Under the pieces are notes generated by a model. It had not been told where the DNA came from and did no database searches. It worked only from the letters and a program-made list of their open reading frames with translations. Of a stretch of DNA of 64,000 nt, positions 23,841 through 35,975 are shown piece after piece. Positions within the stretch are counted from its first letter, which is position 1. Each line of letters opens with the position of its first letter. Source of the stretch: Lama guanicoe (Eukaryota); assembly GCA_013239625.1 (NCBI GenBank), contig MU054220.1, forward strand, positions 2,727,374 to 2,791,373, in the 5' to 3' direction. Made by a program: the position numbers and the translations under genes.

Positions 23841-24306
23841 ATATATTAGTTTTCTCTCCTAATATAAATTAAATATAATGTATATTTGAAGATGTTTGAC
23901 CCCTTAGTACTTGTTAGTGGTTTTGTGGATTATTTTAGAAAAGTCTCCCTTTGCCATCCTAGCTTGAAACCCGCTTTAGGGCAAGGAAAGTAAGAATAAT
24001 TTTATTGTTTGCCGAAGTAATAAATTATATAAGGGCAAATCTATTACCAGAAAAATAATGTAATTTATTTCAAATGTGAACTATAAATTATTTTAAAGTT
24101 TTTTGATATTTAAAAATTATGTCTATAAACTGTCATTGTCATCACTTATTAATAATATTCCATGCCTTTGAAGCATCGCAGCCTGATGTCCCTTGGTTAA
24201 TAGTACCTTCACCACCTGCGTTATTCAGGAAAACCCAGTGGTATTCATGGATTTCAGTTTTCTAAAGGTTTAACACTATAAATGACAGGCCAAATCACAG
24301 ATCCAT

Positions 24307-24372
24307 GCCTGCCTGCCTGCCTGCCTTCCTTCCTTCCTTCCTTCCTCCCTTCCTCCCTCCCTCCCTCCCTCC
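24307..24372. repeat. Compound (GCCT)n(TCCT)n(CCCT)n microsatellite
   Basis: Seen directly. Confidence 0.9.
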
Positions 24373-25596
24373 GATTAGGGTAAGAGAACCAGACAGAAAA
24401 AAGAAGTTTACTCTTGAGCTATTGTCTTCATATGGTGGCTGATTAGATGAGAGGCTGCCCTGCAGAAATACCTTTACAGAGGCTATGTTCCCCAAAGTTG
24501 ATTTACTGTAAGTTCAGGAAGCAAATGCTTGTGTGAATCAGCAGGGTTTGGCTAACCTCTCTTATACTTAGCTCTATCTGAAAATGACTGAGTGGTTATT
24601 AGTTTCTATAAGGTAAGCACCAAACTCTAAAACTCTAAAAAATGAGGCCCTAGAAATCTTCAACTAATGTGTTTAATCTGTCACCTTTTCTCCTACTCCC
24701 ACTTCTATCACCTTTTTAAAAACCTCTCTTCCTTTACCAAAACAAACTATATCATTTTGACCAAGGAGAACACCAAAGGTAGAGATCAATTCTGTACTTA
24801 CTTCTCCCATGAGCAGTGAATAATTATTGCTGATCTCATTTTATGTATTTTTTCTGTTATCTGATACAGTAATTGGAGGAGAAATTAACACTACCTTTCC
24901 TATGGAATCATCAGGCACAGATAAACTTATCCTGAAAAGTTGTATTGCCTGAAGGGAAAGAACTGAGTGAAATTGGGGGAATGCATTAATTGACAGAAAT
25001 AGACATTCGTTTTTCTTTGTGTCTCATTTATTATAGATTCTAGAAGTTGGGTCATGAACTTGAGACACATTTATGAAGATTGTGAGTTAATCTATCACTT
25101 GCTTACAATTAAGAATGAGGTAGCAGTCTTACTTCTTTTTTAAAAAAATATTATTCACCAGTTCACCTTTTCCTTAGAATGTTTGATTTTTTTCATCTGG
25201 AGTGAAATCTTCGAGACTATTACTCACACTCAAAACCCCCAACTAAAGACAAGGTAGACAAAAGTAACTGTTGGAAGTCATTTATAAGCATCTTCATATG
25301 AACTTCTGAGGACACATACTTTTCTTATTCTGATTTCTGTTTATCTTAGATGTAAGTTCATCAGATGAGACAGTGTTTGCAAGCTATCAGAAATACTTCC
25401 CCTGAGTCTAATCTTCTGCTAATAGCTGATAAGATGATCTGTAACTCTTCTTAAAGTATCCCCTTTTCATTACTTCCTTTCCTCTGTTTACTTGCTTAAT
25501 TGTCTTCTTTAGGTGTAAAGCATTTTATAGCCATGACTTCTGAAGAGAAATTGATTAGTTCTCCTAAGATGAAAAGACTAGTATAATTCTCTAGAG

Positions 25597-25781
25597 CAGG
25601 GATCAGCAAACTATGGCCTATACCTGGGCCATATCTGGCCTGCTGCCTGATTTTGTAAATGTTATTGGAATACAACCACGTATCTCTTTGTTTACATATA
25701 GTCTTTGGCTACTTTTGGGCTGCAGTGGCAAAATTGAGTAGCTGTAGCAAAGACCTGGCCATTTATAGAAAAAGTTGCCAG
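25597..25781 (+). mobile_element. MER58A-like hAT-Charlie element
   Basis: 'cagggatcagcaaactatggcc...tttgtaaat...attggaatacaaccacg...tttatagaaaaagttgcc', preceded by the hAT target ctctagag. Confidence 0.8.
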
Positions 25782-26034
25782 TTTGAGAGAAATTTAACCA
25801 GAGAGGCACTTGACTCAGAGATAGTAGTCACAGTGTAACAGTGTAGAGCTGGAGTGAGTGCCGCACTGGAAACAGGGTATATACCAAATAATGAAAAGGC
25901 CCTCATATATATATATGTGTGTGTGTATGTGTATATGTATATATATACACACACATGCCAGCCCCACAGTTTTCAGTTCATTTTTTTTAAAGCCTCTTTT
26001 ATTTTGGATTGTTCTCTGTCCCTCCTGCCCCTTC

Positions 26035-26540
26035 TCTTTTATATATTTATTGAGGCATAATTAATACAAAATAAACTGCACACATTTTTTAAAGAGTATA
26101 ATTTTTGTTGGGGTGAAACCATCAGTGTAATCAAGATAACGAACATATCTATCACTTTTAAAGCTTTCCTTGTGTCCCTTAGTAATCCCTCTCTTCCCTC
26201 CCCTCCCAGCCCTGTCTCTAGGCAAACATTGGTCTGCTTTTTGTTACTATAGATTGTTTACACATTTTAGAATTTTAATAAATACATTTATGCAGTATGC
26301 ACTCTTTGGGATTTTTTCCAGTTTTTAGCTATTTAGAAATAAAGCTACTATGAACATTCATATACAAGTCTTTATATAGAGATATGCTTTTTTTTCTCTT
26401 AGGTAAATACTTAAGTTTGGCTCCAGTGGTATGGTATGTGTATTTTTAACTTTTTAAAGGAACTGCCAGAATGTTTTCAAAGTGGTTATACCATTTTACA
26501 TTCCCATCAGCAGTGTATGAGAATTCAGTTGCTCTATATC
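26035..26540 (-). mobile_element. Antisense L1M 3' fragment
   Basis: 'tttattgaggcataat...aaagctactatgaacattcatatacaagtc...ccattttacattcccatcagcagtgtatgaga'. Confidence 0.8.
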
Positions 26541-26556
26541 TTTAGCCCTTTATTCT

Positions 26557-27167
26557 CTTTTTAATTAAAAATTTTTTGTGTGTTTGCCTTAATGCTTTTA
26601 TTTTTATTTATTTTTTATTGAGATATAGTCGACTTACAATGTTAATTTCTGGTGTACAGCATAGTGATTCAGTTATAGATACATATATGTGTGTATGTAT
26701 GTGTATATATATATTCCTTTTCATATTTTTTCATTATAGGCTGTTACAAGGTACTGAATATAGTTCCCTGTGCTATACAGTATGAACTTGTTGTTTATCT
26801 GTTTTAGTAATAGTTGGTATCTGCAAATCCTGAACTCCCAATTTATCCCTCCCTACCCCCTTCCCCCATAAGTTTGTTGTCTATGTCTGTGAGTGTGTCT
26901 CTGTTTTGTAAATAAGTTCATTTGTATCCTTTTTTTTTTTAGATTCCACATATAAGTGATATCATACAGTATTTTTCTTTCTCTTTCTGGCCTACTTCAC
27001 TTAGAATGACAGTCTCCAGGTCCATCCATGTTGCTGCAAATGTAATTATTTTATGCTTTTTATGGCTAAGTAGTATGCCATTGTATATATATACCACAAC
27101 TTCTTTATCCAGTCATCTGTCAATGAACATTTAGGTTGCTTCCATGTCTTGGCTCTTGTAGATAGTC
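26557..27167 (-). mobile_element. Younger 5'-truncated L1 (cetartiodactyl/camelid type)
   Basis: 'tttattgagatatagtcgacttacaatg...ttagattccacatataagtgata...ttaggttgcttccatgtcttggct'; perfect 15-bp TSD ttagccctttattct (26542-26556 / 27168-27182). Confidence 0.9.
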
Positions 27168-27189
27168 TTAGCCCTTTATTCTTAAATAT

Positions 27190-28770
27190 GAACATAACAG
27201 CCGTGAATCCCAGACATTTAAGAGAAGCCACTAACATAAAAGTCAAAACAGATCCAGAGAATTGGAAGGGACAATTCAAAATAACTTTAGATCAGTAAGA
27301 GAAGATGTTGCATCTCTGAAACAAGAACAGGATGCTAGGAATAAAGGAACAATTAGAAAACAAAAAGAGCTCTTTTTTTTTATTGAAGTATAGTTGATTT
27401 ACAGTGTTGTGTTAGTTTCAGGTATACCAAAAAGGATGCTTGATAATAAATAATGAAAGGTTTAGAAGATGAAATTGAAGCAGTCTTTCAATAAATGCAT
27501 AGAAGAGACAAACGGATGGATGATAGAAGAGAAAAAAATTTTAGAGGATCAATCCAGAAGATCTAATGCCTGACTAATAGAAATTCTAAGACAAGAGAAC
27601 AGAAAATGGAAAAGAGAAAATCATCCAACAACAAACACAAGGAAATTTCTCAGAACTGGAGAGCATACGTTCCAGGTTATGATAGAGTTTACTGAGTGCC
27701 TAAAACTATGAGCAAAAAAAGACCCACACCCCCTACTAAGGCACATCACTGAAACTTCTGAAAAACAATTTGAATAAAAGATCCTAAATGCTTCTTCAAA
27801 GGGGGAAGAAAAGGTTATGAACAAAGTCTGGGGGTCAGATGACATCAGATTTCTCGCCAACAGGAAGCTAGAATTCAAGGGTAATAATAATTCCCATGTA
27901 GAATTCTATACCCATCCCAACTCTGATCAAGTCTGAGAATAGACTAAAGACATTGCAGACGTGCAGGATTACAAACCTACCTCCTGTGTGCCCTTTTGAG
28001 GAAGATACTGAAGGATGTTCTCCATCAAAACAAGAAAATTAACCAATAAAGATGAAGACATGGATCCAGAAAACGGAATTCAATACAAAAGAGAGATGAA
28101 GAAAATCCCCTATTTGATGAAGAGAAAACCCAGATGGCTGTTGTACAACAGGTTTAAAGAACAATCAGTTTAGGTTGAACGGGGAATGGAGGACTCTAGG
28201 AAAGATGTAGGCAAGAAAAAAGTGGACTAGTAGATTATATGATGCATTTTAAGCCATTATTTAGAGATGCTTTAAAGCGTCTTTGGAGAGTATGGGGAAG
28301 AATTAATGATAGGAATATAGAAAACCAAATGACAAAGCAAGGCATTCTTAGTTACAGAAATAACAAATGTACAAAAAATAACTCTAGTATATCAATTGTC
28401 TCACCAATTAATGTTATTTACATGATTTTAATAGTATAAACATTAAATGTGGATTTAACTAAAAACTGATGTGACTATAATGGGAGCAGGGAGTGTGAAG
28501 AGCGAAGGTAGTAGTAGAACTAAATTTCAGTTATCTAGTCGGAATTCAGTAGGTAATAATTACAGTGAAAAATCAAGAAATCACAGAGGGGATATATTTA
28601 AAAATAAGATAAACACCTGAAGAAATCTCTAAAAGAGTTGCAAGTGGTTTCCTGAAAGGATTAGGACTAGAGAGTTGGAGAGGGTTGGTCCAAGGGACTG
28701 ATGTTTTTAGTACAAGTCTTGTATTATTTTTTTAAAGCTATGTATTTATGTTACTTCAATTAAAAAAACT
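27190..28770 (+). mobile_element. HAL1-like (half-L1) element, decayed ORF1-like region
   Basis: 'ttagaggatcaatccagaagatctaat...aggcacatcactgaaac...agaattctatacccatcc...gatgttctccatcaaaac...gaagacatggatccagaaaac' resembles recalled HAL1; contains a ~55-nt antisense L1 tail at 27373-27427. Confidence 0.65.
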
Positions 28771-29334
28771 AGATAGAAAAATGAAAATCTGGACTTACTA
28801 GAGAAGATGTTTATTAATGTTAGTGGGATAACCCTGGACTCCCAAGGCAGGTCATTTGCTGACTAAGTCTTTGGCCTCCCACCACCCCAGACAGTTTTAG
28901 GGACTCTGCTTGGGCCTCTCTAACTCTTCCTGTTCAGTTTTATTAGTACAAGCCACCAGGTAACTCCAAAATTTGGTTGACATCCCTCAGGAGTCTACAG
29001 GAGAGACAAACGTGGCCTTCTCTTCTGGGTGGAGAGTAGATTTAGTCTCTAATAATAAAACATAATAAAAACATACTACTGCTTATGACTTTAGCCCCAT
29101 AGGATATAACGTCTTTGCCCATAAAGTGATACCTTAATGTATTAAAAGCCCTAAAGCTGTAAACTCCATGAGGGAAAGGGATTTTTACTTGATTTGTTCA
29201 TTGATGTTCTAGCTTTCAGTATTTAACATGCTGTATGAAATTCTACCTTGAATGTAATGAAAAGCTTTAACAGTCAGTTCATTTGGCAGATATTACTTCT
29301 CATATACCAGGCACCCTTCTGGATGCTGAGAGTA

Positions 29335-29537
29335 CAGCTGACCCTTCATCATGGGTTTGAACTTCACAGGTCCACTTACATGTGAATTTTTTTCAATAGT
29401 AAATACTTCAGCACTGCATGAGCTGCGGTTGGTTGAGTCTGTGAGTGCAGAACCATGGATACAGAGGAACCATATATGCAGAGGTCACTTCTAGGTGGGT
29501 CAGTGCACCAACCTCTGTGTTGTTCATGGGTCAACTG
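29335..29537. mobile_element. Tigger2-like TcMar MITE
   Basis: TIRs cagctgaccctt / tgggtcaactg with TA target duplication on both sides. Confidence 0.85.
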
Positions 29538-32457
29538 TAGGTCAGTCCTGTAAGTCGCAGCTTTTCTTTTAGTCATGTTAGAAGTTTAATACACTTTCAA
29601 TTGCCCTTCAGAGTCTTAATCATATTTCATTTTACTAATATTAAAACACACTTACGCCTAGTTATAAAAAGGAAACAGTCATAATGCTTCCTCTGTTGGA
29701 CATATCTGTTCCCTTTTTTCCTGAGTGATGGGAAATCGTGAGGTTATGCTGCTTGACATCTTAGAATATTAACAGTTTATCCTTCCTCCTTCCCCACCTC
29801 TGTGGTAGGGCAGTAGTAGGGTGCAGGGAGGTGTCCAGGCTATGGGTCTCTGTTTTCTGCAAGTTTAAGTGAGATCCTTCTCATTTAACAAGACTTTCTC
29901 ACAGGTAAGATATTACAGGACTAGAGTTCTCCTCCAAGTTGGAAAATTAACCGACAGAAAACCCTTTGCAAAGTAGGAAAAGAGGTATGTTTTGAGCTTA
30001 CATTAAAAACAGATTAGACTTTTTCCAGATAGTGCTTTGTACCTATGAGTCAGGTTAGCAGGTAGGTCACTCAGTGACAAACCTGAAAGTGTGCTGTGCA
30101 AGCCTGGTGTTTTAGAGGAAAATTCCCCCAAGAATCATATTTTTATACTTTTCTGCTCTGAGTTGGCTTTCATTCAGAAAATCTATGTTGCATTTAAGCC
30201 AGGGTTAGTGGATAGAGCCTTCTCATGAGATCCCATCTCAGTTTAGGTGGGGCACACCTCCTTTACTTGAGCTGGGGAAAGCTCTAGAGCAGCCTACGAC
30301 TACCTGTTTGCACCTGGGAGACCTCTTGCTGCTGCTGGATTTAGGATTTTAGATGATTACAGCTTGAGCCATATTATAGATGACATTTTTAAAGAGACAC
30401 CAATTCTCTCTTTTCTCTATTCAGAAAGTGAAACATGGAGAACAGAAAGTGTAAGGTTTTTTATACATATAATATATGTATAATATTATATGTAATTCAA
30501 GGAACTATTCTCTTCTGCAGTTTCTAAACCAGCCTGGGTTCTGTGGGGGAATTAAGCCCTAATGCTCTTCACATTCATTATATGTATTGAATTAACATTC
30601 CTATGAATCTAGAATGTTACTAGTTCTGTACTATTCTTATCATTGAGGAAATGGTCACTACGTTTGTGTATTCTGTGGTTCAAATGAAGACTCCTGGTTG
30701 AGAAAGGCTGTTCTAAAATGATAAGAAACTCTCCCATAAAACTCACAGACACCCAAAGATTTTAGCTTTGTGAGTATGCAGTGATATGACTTATGTCATT
30801 TTAAGATGGAAAACAAGAAGGTCTCAGGCATTAAGAAAGAGCATGCTGGACATGATTACTGAAAAGAACTGCTCTGCTGTTTGCTCTAATCAAGTCCAGG
30901 ATGAGCTTGGGGAAAAAAATCCAGTTATGGTTTATGATGTTTGTTAATCAAAATAGATTAATAACAGTAACATTTTAATTTTTATGTTAACATTTTGGTC
31001 TTTTTCAGCACTTACTTTATCTTAATTTTTTTTTTACTGTTTAAAGCAAATAAAATCAGTTATCTTTATAAGATGTGGCACTTGATTAGTTTTTAAAATA
31101 GATAAGTTAAAAGCCCATTAGCCCAGCAAAAGGCAAAACTATTCCGCTTGTAAATAATGTAACTGTTTTATGGAACTAAGCCCTGGGAAGAGGACAGCAC
31201 GTGGTTTGTTTACTAACACAAAGCATAAGGATTTTGTAGCTTATCTTAATGTTTCCCTGTCTAAAGTTCTTTTAAACATGAGCATCTATGAAATTTACAC
31301 TGTATTTTTACAGCTAAATCTTGATTCACTGATTGGGAGAGCCATTGTTGGTGAAGTAAACATACAGGTTAAGAAATGTTTTGTGGACAATGGACATGTT
31401 CATCTTAAACAAGTTTAGATTCCTAGAAATTGACAGTTTTTAACAAATTTCCCCACTCTCCTTTTAGAAAACATGTTAACAAGGACCTGTTTTTTTTAAA
31501 GTTTAGGTCCTTGTTTTACAATCTTGACTGTGATAGTAGCTGAGACTAATTTGAAAACAGTCCAGGTTTACAGATTGTTAGAATGAAAGTTTTGCCTTTG
31601 CCTTTCTCATCAGCTTCATATTTAGCCTAGAAATAATTTGTGTTAATTTGTCTTAGATGCTGGCCCATACAGCCCAAGCCAATGAAAATGCAGTCTATTT
31701 TGCTCTCAAAGTCTTCTGTCAGATGTCCCATGGAATAAAGTTGGAGTTATCAGCTTTGCTGGGAAAGGTTTAAATAAAAACAAAATTGCTGCCTAATTAA
31801 ATTTTTTAAAAATTCTCTTTTTTTCTTATAAGATAGAATTCAAAATCTGAGGTCCTATTACCTGAGAGTAGGAACCAGGAATGCTGTAAGTTTATTTTAA
31901 AAACCTTCCATGGAAAACTTTGTACTTGAAAAGGTATCACATTAGCTATAAGGAAGCAAGAATATTTTAAATTTCAAGACTTTCAATAAAAGGTACATTG
32001 CAGAGCCTCCTGGTGGCAGTAGTTCTTTTTTGCCAGAATGTCCTCATTTGAGACACCTGCCGAATGGGAACTGATTCTAAATTAGCACAACAGACCTGCT
32101 CTGCTTGTCTGTATCCTTTTGAGGCTTGTAAGTAAAATACTATGCTGAGCATTAAAAAATTCTGATTTTAAGGTCATCTTCTATTTTATTTTAAATGGAT
32201 CTCCTAAATAGTTAACTTATAAATGCCTTACATGTGAATTAGGGAATCTGGATGTACATTGTTGGGGTGTTTTGTTAAATATTAAAATGAAAGATTTCAT
32301 GACTTCTGCTGCCTGTACGCCTGATGATTCTCTAATAACCTGGTGATACTTTTTGTTGGGTCTCAGTTCAGATGAGCTGTTAGTGAAGGGATGAATAGAA
32401 TGCTCTAGGGAATTGAAAGGATCAGTGGAAAGAAAGTTGTGGTTAGCATTTGCGTAA

Positions 32458-33115
32458 CAGTAGAAGTTCTGTGGAAAGCGGCCTCAACTGATGGACTTGT
32501 CTGTCACTCTTCACTCTGCATGCCTGTGACCAGTAGGCTGCTGTCTAGGGTACTGATAGGGTCTCCCATCAGTTCTAGAATGTTTATCAAGAATGAGATG
32601 TGTTTGCCCCTAAACCTGTTTATGCCATTTGTTCTGGTTATTGTAATGATACAATTTAATTATTCCATAAAGCAATGACTTATGAAAACCAAGTTGAAGA
32701 CTTTGAAAAGAGTTGATAAAGGTGAGTTAGTAAAAAATTGCTTCCTAGTTACATGTGGGTAGGATAGCTCTAAAAGAATTGAGAGAAGTTATTAATGTCC
32801 AAAAGGGCTCTCATGCTTTAAAACATCTTAAGTTCTTACTGTAATTTAAAAGCCAAGAGTGGATAAGGTAGAGGACACATTATGGTTATAATTTATGAAA
32901 GAAAGACATTTTGACACTCTTTAATGTGTAGGTTCATACAAACAAGAGGCCTGGTTCTCTATTACAAGATTAGCAAAAGAATGTTCATTTAAGTTAAAAT
33001 AAAATGCTTACGTGTGGATACCATATTTTTATGGTTTACTGATTATATGACTTTTTTTCCCTTACCTGAACAATTACTGGTCCCAATCATTACTGATATA
33101 AGAGAGCTTCTTCTG
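32458..33115 (+). mobile_element. Tigger13-like TcMar element with decayed transposase N-terminus
   Basis: TIRs cagtagaagttct / agagcttcttctg (11/13); from 32682 reads MKTKLKTLKRVDKGELVK...KPRVDKVEDTLWL*FMKER, resembling CENP-B/pogo HTH domains. Confidence 0.7.
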
Positions 33116-33154
33116 TGTTGCTTCAGGCTACTAAAAGTGAGTGTACTTTTCAGC

Positions 33155-33280
33155 TTTTAATTCATTGATTCACAAATATTTTTGGAGCACCTATTATGTG
33201 GCAGGCATTGTACTTGGCCTTGGTACTAAACAAGGCTGATAGGATTTCTGTTTTTAAGGAGCTTACTTTCTAGTGGCATT
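33155..33280 (-). mobile_element. L2 3' end
   Basis: 'ttcattgattcacaaatatttttggagcacctattatgtggcaggcattg...aggagcttactttctagtgg'. Confidence 0.75.
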
Positions 33281-33409
33281 TTAGTCAAAGTATAGTGATT
33301 TGAATAGTAATGATTTTCTCCACAGCTATTTTCTCAACAGCTGTAGGATAGTTATCAAAATGAAATCTAGTTTTTGTATTGAAGGTCAAAGCTAAATCTA
33401 CCTGCAGAC

Positions 33410-33530
33410 TAGTGGTTCTCAACCTTAGCTTGTACCCTAGAATAACCTGAAGAGCTTTTGAAAATACTGCATCCAGGGCCCATCTTAGACCGGTTAGATT
33501 GGACTTTCTGGTAGTGGGGCCCAAACATGC
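33410..33530. mobile_element. MER5A-like hAT-Charlie fragment
   Basis: 'agtggttctcaaccttagcttgtaccctagaataacctgaagagcttttgaaaatactg'. Confidence 0.75.
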
Positions 33531-33628
33531 AGAGATGTGTAGGAAAAGGCAAGTTGCGTTTAGTTAAGTTACTTGATATTGCCCAAATTAAATCTGATAA
33601 CCCCCAGCCAATTAGATACAGCATTTTT

Positions 33629-33966
33629 TTCCTTTTTCAGTTTTATTAGGTAGAATTATTAATTTGACTGTACGTATACATTATATTGCACGTAAATACA
33701 TATATACAATATACTGCACTTTTTTTTAGTTTACATGTATGCACTGATCATTGTTTCTAAGAACAGATTAGAGCTTTAGCTTTTTAAACTTACATAGTTA
33801 TCAAAGGAATAAAGCCAACCACAAAATAAGAATCAACAAAGTACGGTAATCCAATCATAAAGGCAGTCAAATGTGCTTACACATTCAAGAAATTATTCAT
33901 CTAAGTTATAAATAATAATATATTTGTGTCCTTATTATTCTTATTTTTAGATTCCACATATAAGTG
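33629..33966 (-). pseudogene. Retrocopied mRNA 3' end fused to a short L1 fragment
   Basis: 18-bp TSD attagatacagcattttt / attagatatagcattttt (33611-33628 / 33967-33984); minus-strand AATAAA plus A-tail; L1 text 'ttagattccacatataagtg' at the 5' end. Confidence 0.7.
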
Positions 33967-35132
33967 ATTAGATATAGCATTTTTATTTCTGAATCATTTG
34001 GGGACAAATATATACGGTGTTGGTTTGTTAGAGTTAATGATTTGTTTGAATCTTGCTAGAGAAGAAACTTTTATTAGTACTCTGGCTTTTCAGCTTTTTC
34101 TTGTAGAAAAAAATTTTTATGAAAGATAATGAATTGGTTGAAATTCTTCTTTGACTTCTCTCTATAGTTAGAAGTATGCAACTTTTACCAGTGTATTTTA
34201 GCTTTTAGAAACATTTTAGTGAGTCAGATATCTTGAGAAAAGCATCATATCTTTCATTTGCTTCAAAATATTAATGTTCATCTTATATGAAACACTGACT
34301 AAGGTTAGGAAGTGCTGAGCCATGGGGTTCTTTTTTTTTTTTTTAACCAGTCGTAGCATGTAGTTATAATTTTACATATGATGAACAAAAACTGATTGAT
34401 GTCAAGGATATTCAAAATGTCTTGAAATAAAACCTTTAAAGAATAATTTCATTCATAGTTAGTTTTTAGGCCCAGAAACTTTGAAAGTTGAAAGTGTAGT
34501 GCATTCATTATTTTTTTCCTAATTCTTATAAAATGTAGTTGTGCTTTTCTTATTTATTTTCCCACTTAATATCACTCAAAAGAGGACCCCAGAAGTTAGT
34601 ACCTTTACTTTCAGCTGTTTGTGTCACTAATAATCCTTTGATACTGATGTTTTGTAGATCAGATACATTCTTAGAGAAAATTTCTTACTCTTTCTTGAGA
34701 AACTATCAATATTCTATCCATGAGAGATGTGAGCTAGTGTTCTGTGAAACTAAGCATTTATCAGGACACTACAACAAATTCCAAAATACACATTACATTT
34801 GATTATGAATTCTGAATTGAAAATGTAATCTTAGTAGTTCAGTTCTGCTTTTAGAATACTAATGCCTTGGGGGAAGGGATGGTCTGGCACACTAGTTGAA
34901 GGAAGCACTTAGGTTTTCATCTTGTATAGAGGTAGCTTGTTTTCATCCCTGATTTGCCTTCATGTGAGAACTACTCCTTTACCTCGTCTCCCAGCACATG
35001 TATGTATGCATGGACATACCCCTTGAAGATGGAACTGTTAATTTTCTCTTTGCTTATCCATCATGGTAAGCTACATAGGTAGCTTGGTCAGAGATGTCTA
35101 GGAAGGTGGAAGAGTCCTGGCAACTGAAAATA

Positions 35133-35188
35133 AAAGGGAAAATACTTAAAGACTTAGTATTAAAGGGAAAATACTGAAAGATTTACTA
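35133..35188. repeat. 29-bp-period tandem duplication
   Basis: aaagggaaaatacttaaagacttagta / aaagggaaaatactgaaagatttacta (24/27). Confidence 0.85.
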
Positions 35189-35489
35189 GGTGATTAACTG
35201 GTTTGATAAAGATTTCAGAGGCCCCACCAGGGCAAATAGTAAGAAAACCAATAGAAGTAGGATATTATCTCATCAGCAGTAGCAGCTAGGAACAGTTTAG
35301 CCCCATGAATCTCTTATTCCTTCTATCTCTACCTTCTGTTTTAGTTAAAATATCAATGCCTCCTGTGTAGTACTTAGCAGTCTTCGATTCTGTAAGGTAA
35401 ACAAAAATGTTTTTTCCCTCTTCTTTAGAGTTCAGAAAACTGATACACAGTGAGATTGAGTGACTTGTCCAAGGTTATTTGGCTGGTAT

Positions 35490-35975
35490 ATTAATGAGAA
35501 CTCTTGGTTTCAAGTGAGAAACTCAGCAGAAAGTTGTTGAAACAAAAAAGTGAATGTACTGGCTTACATTACTAGTAAGCCGAGGGGTGTGGCTGGTTTC
35601 AGGCATGATTGCATTTAGGGGCTTAAATGCTTTAGGACACTTTCTCCTTCTTTTGGCTTCATTTGTGTACAGACTGTCCTGCCTCTGGCAGCTCTTGGTT
35701 TGCAACCTGCCATTTTATCAACCCCAGTGAAAAGAGTTAAGTTTTCTTTTTTATTCCTGAAGTATCAGCACAAGATGTGGACATGATTTTCAGGCCCATT
35801 CTTGAACCAGTCATCCTTCACGGTGGCCAGGGAACTAGAGTCTTACCATTGACTAGGCCTGGGCCACATGCCACCCCTGAAGCAAGACTGAAATCACTCC
35901 TAGATGAACTACGTATGTGAGAGTAGAGGAAGAGTAGTTCTCCATAAAGATACTGGGAAGGCAAAAAAATAAGGT
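35490..35975 (-). mobile_element. ERVL-MaLR LTR (MLT1K/L-like) inside an antisense MIR
   Basis: 'aactcttggtttcaagtgagaaactc...ggctggtttcaggcatg...ccattgactaggcctgggccacatgccacccctga'; MIR text 'gtgacttgtccaaggtta' upstream. Confidence 0.65.

Noticed and set aside
26388..26408. AG|GT recursive-like site tttttttctcttag|gtaaat (similar ones at ~25512, ~37274 and ~56580)
   Set aside because: The first is inside an antisense L1 where this text is common; the others have weaker donors or tracts than the 29904 site
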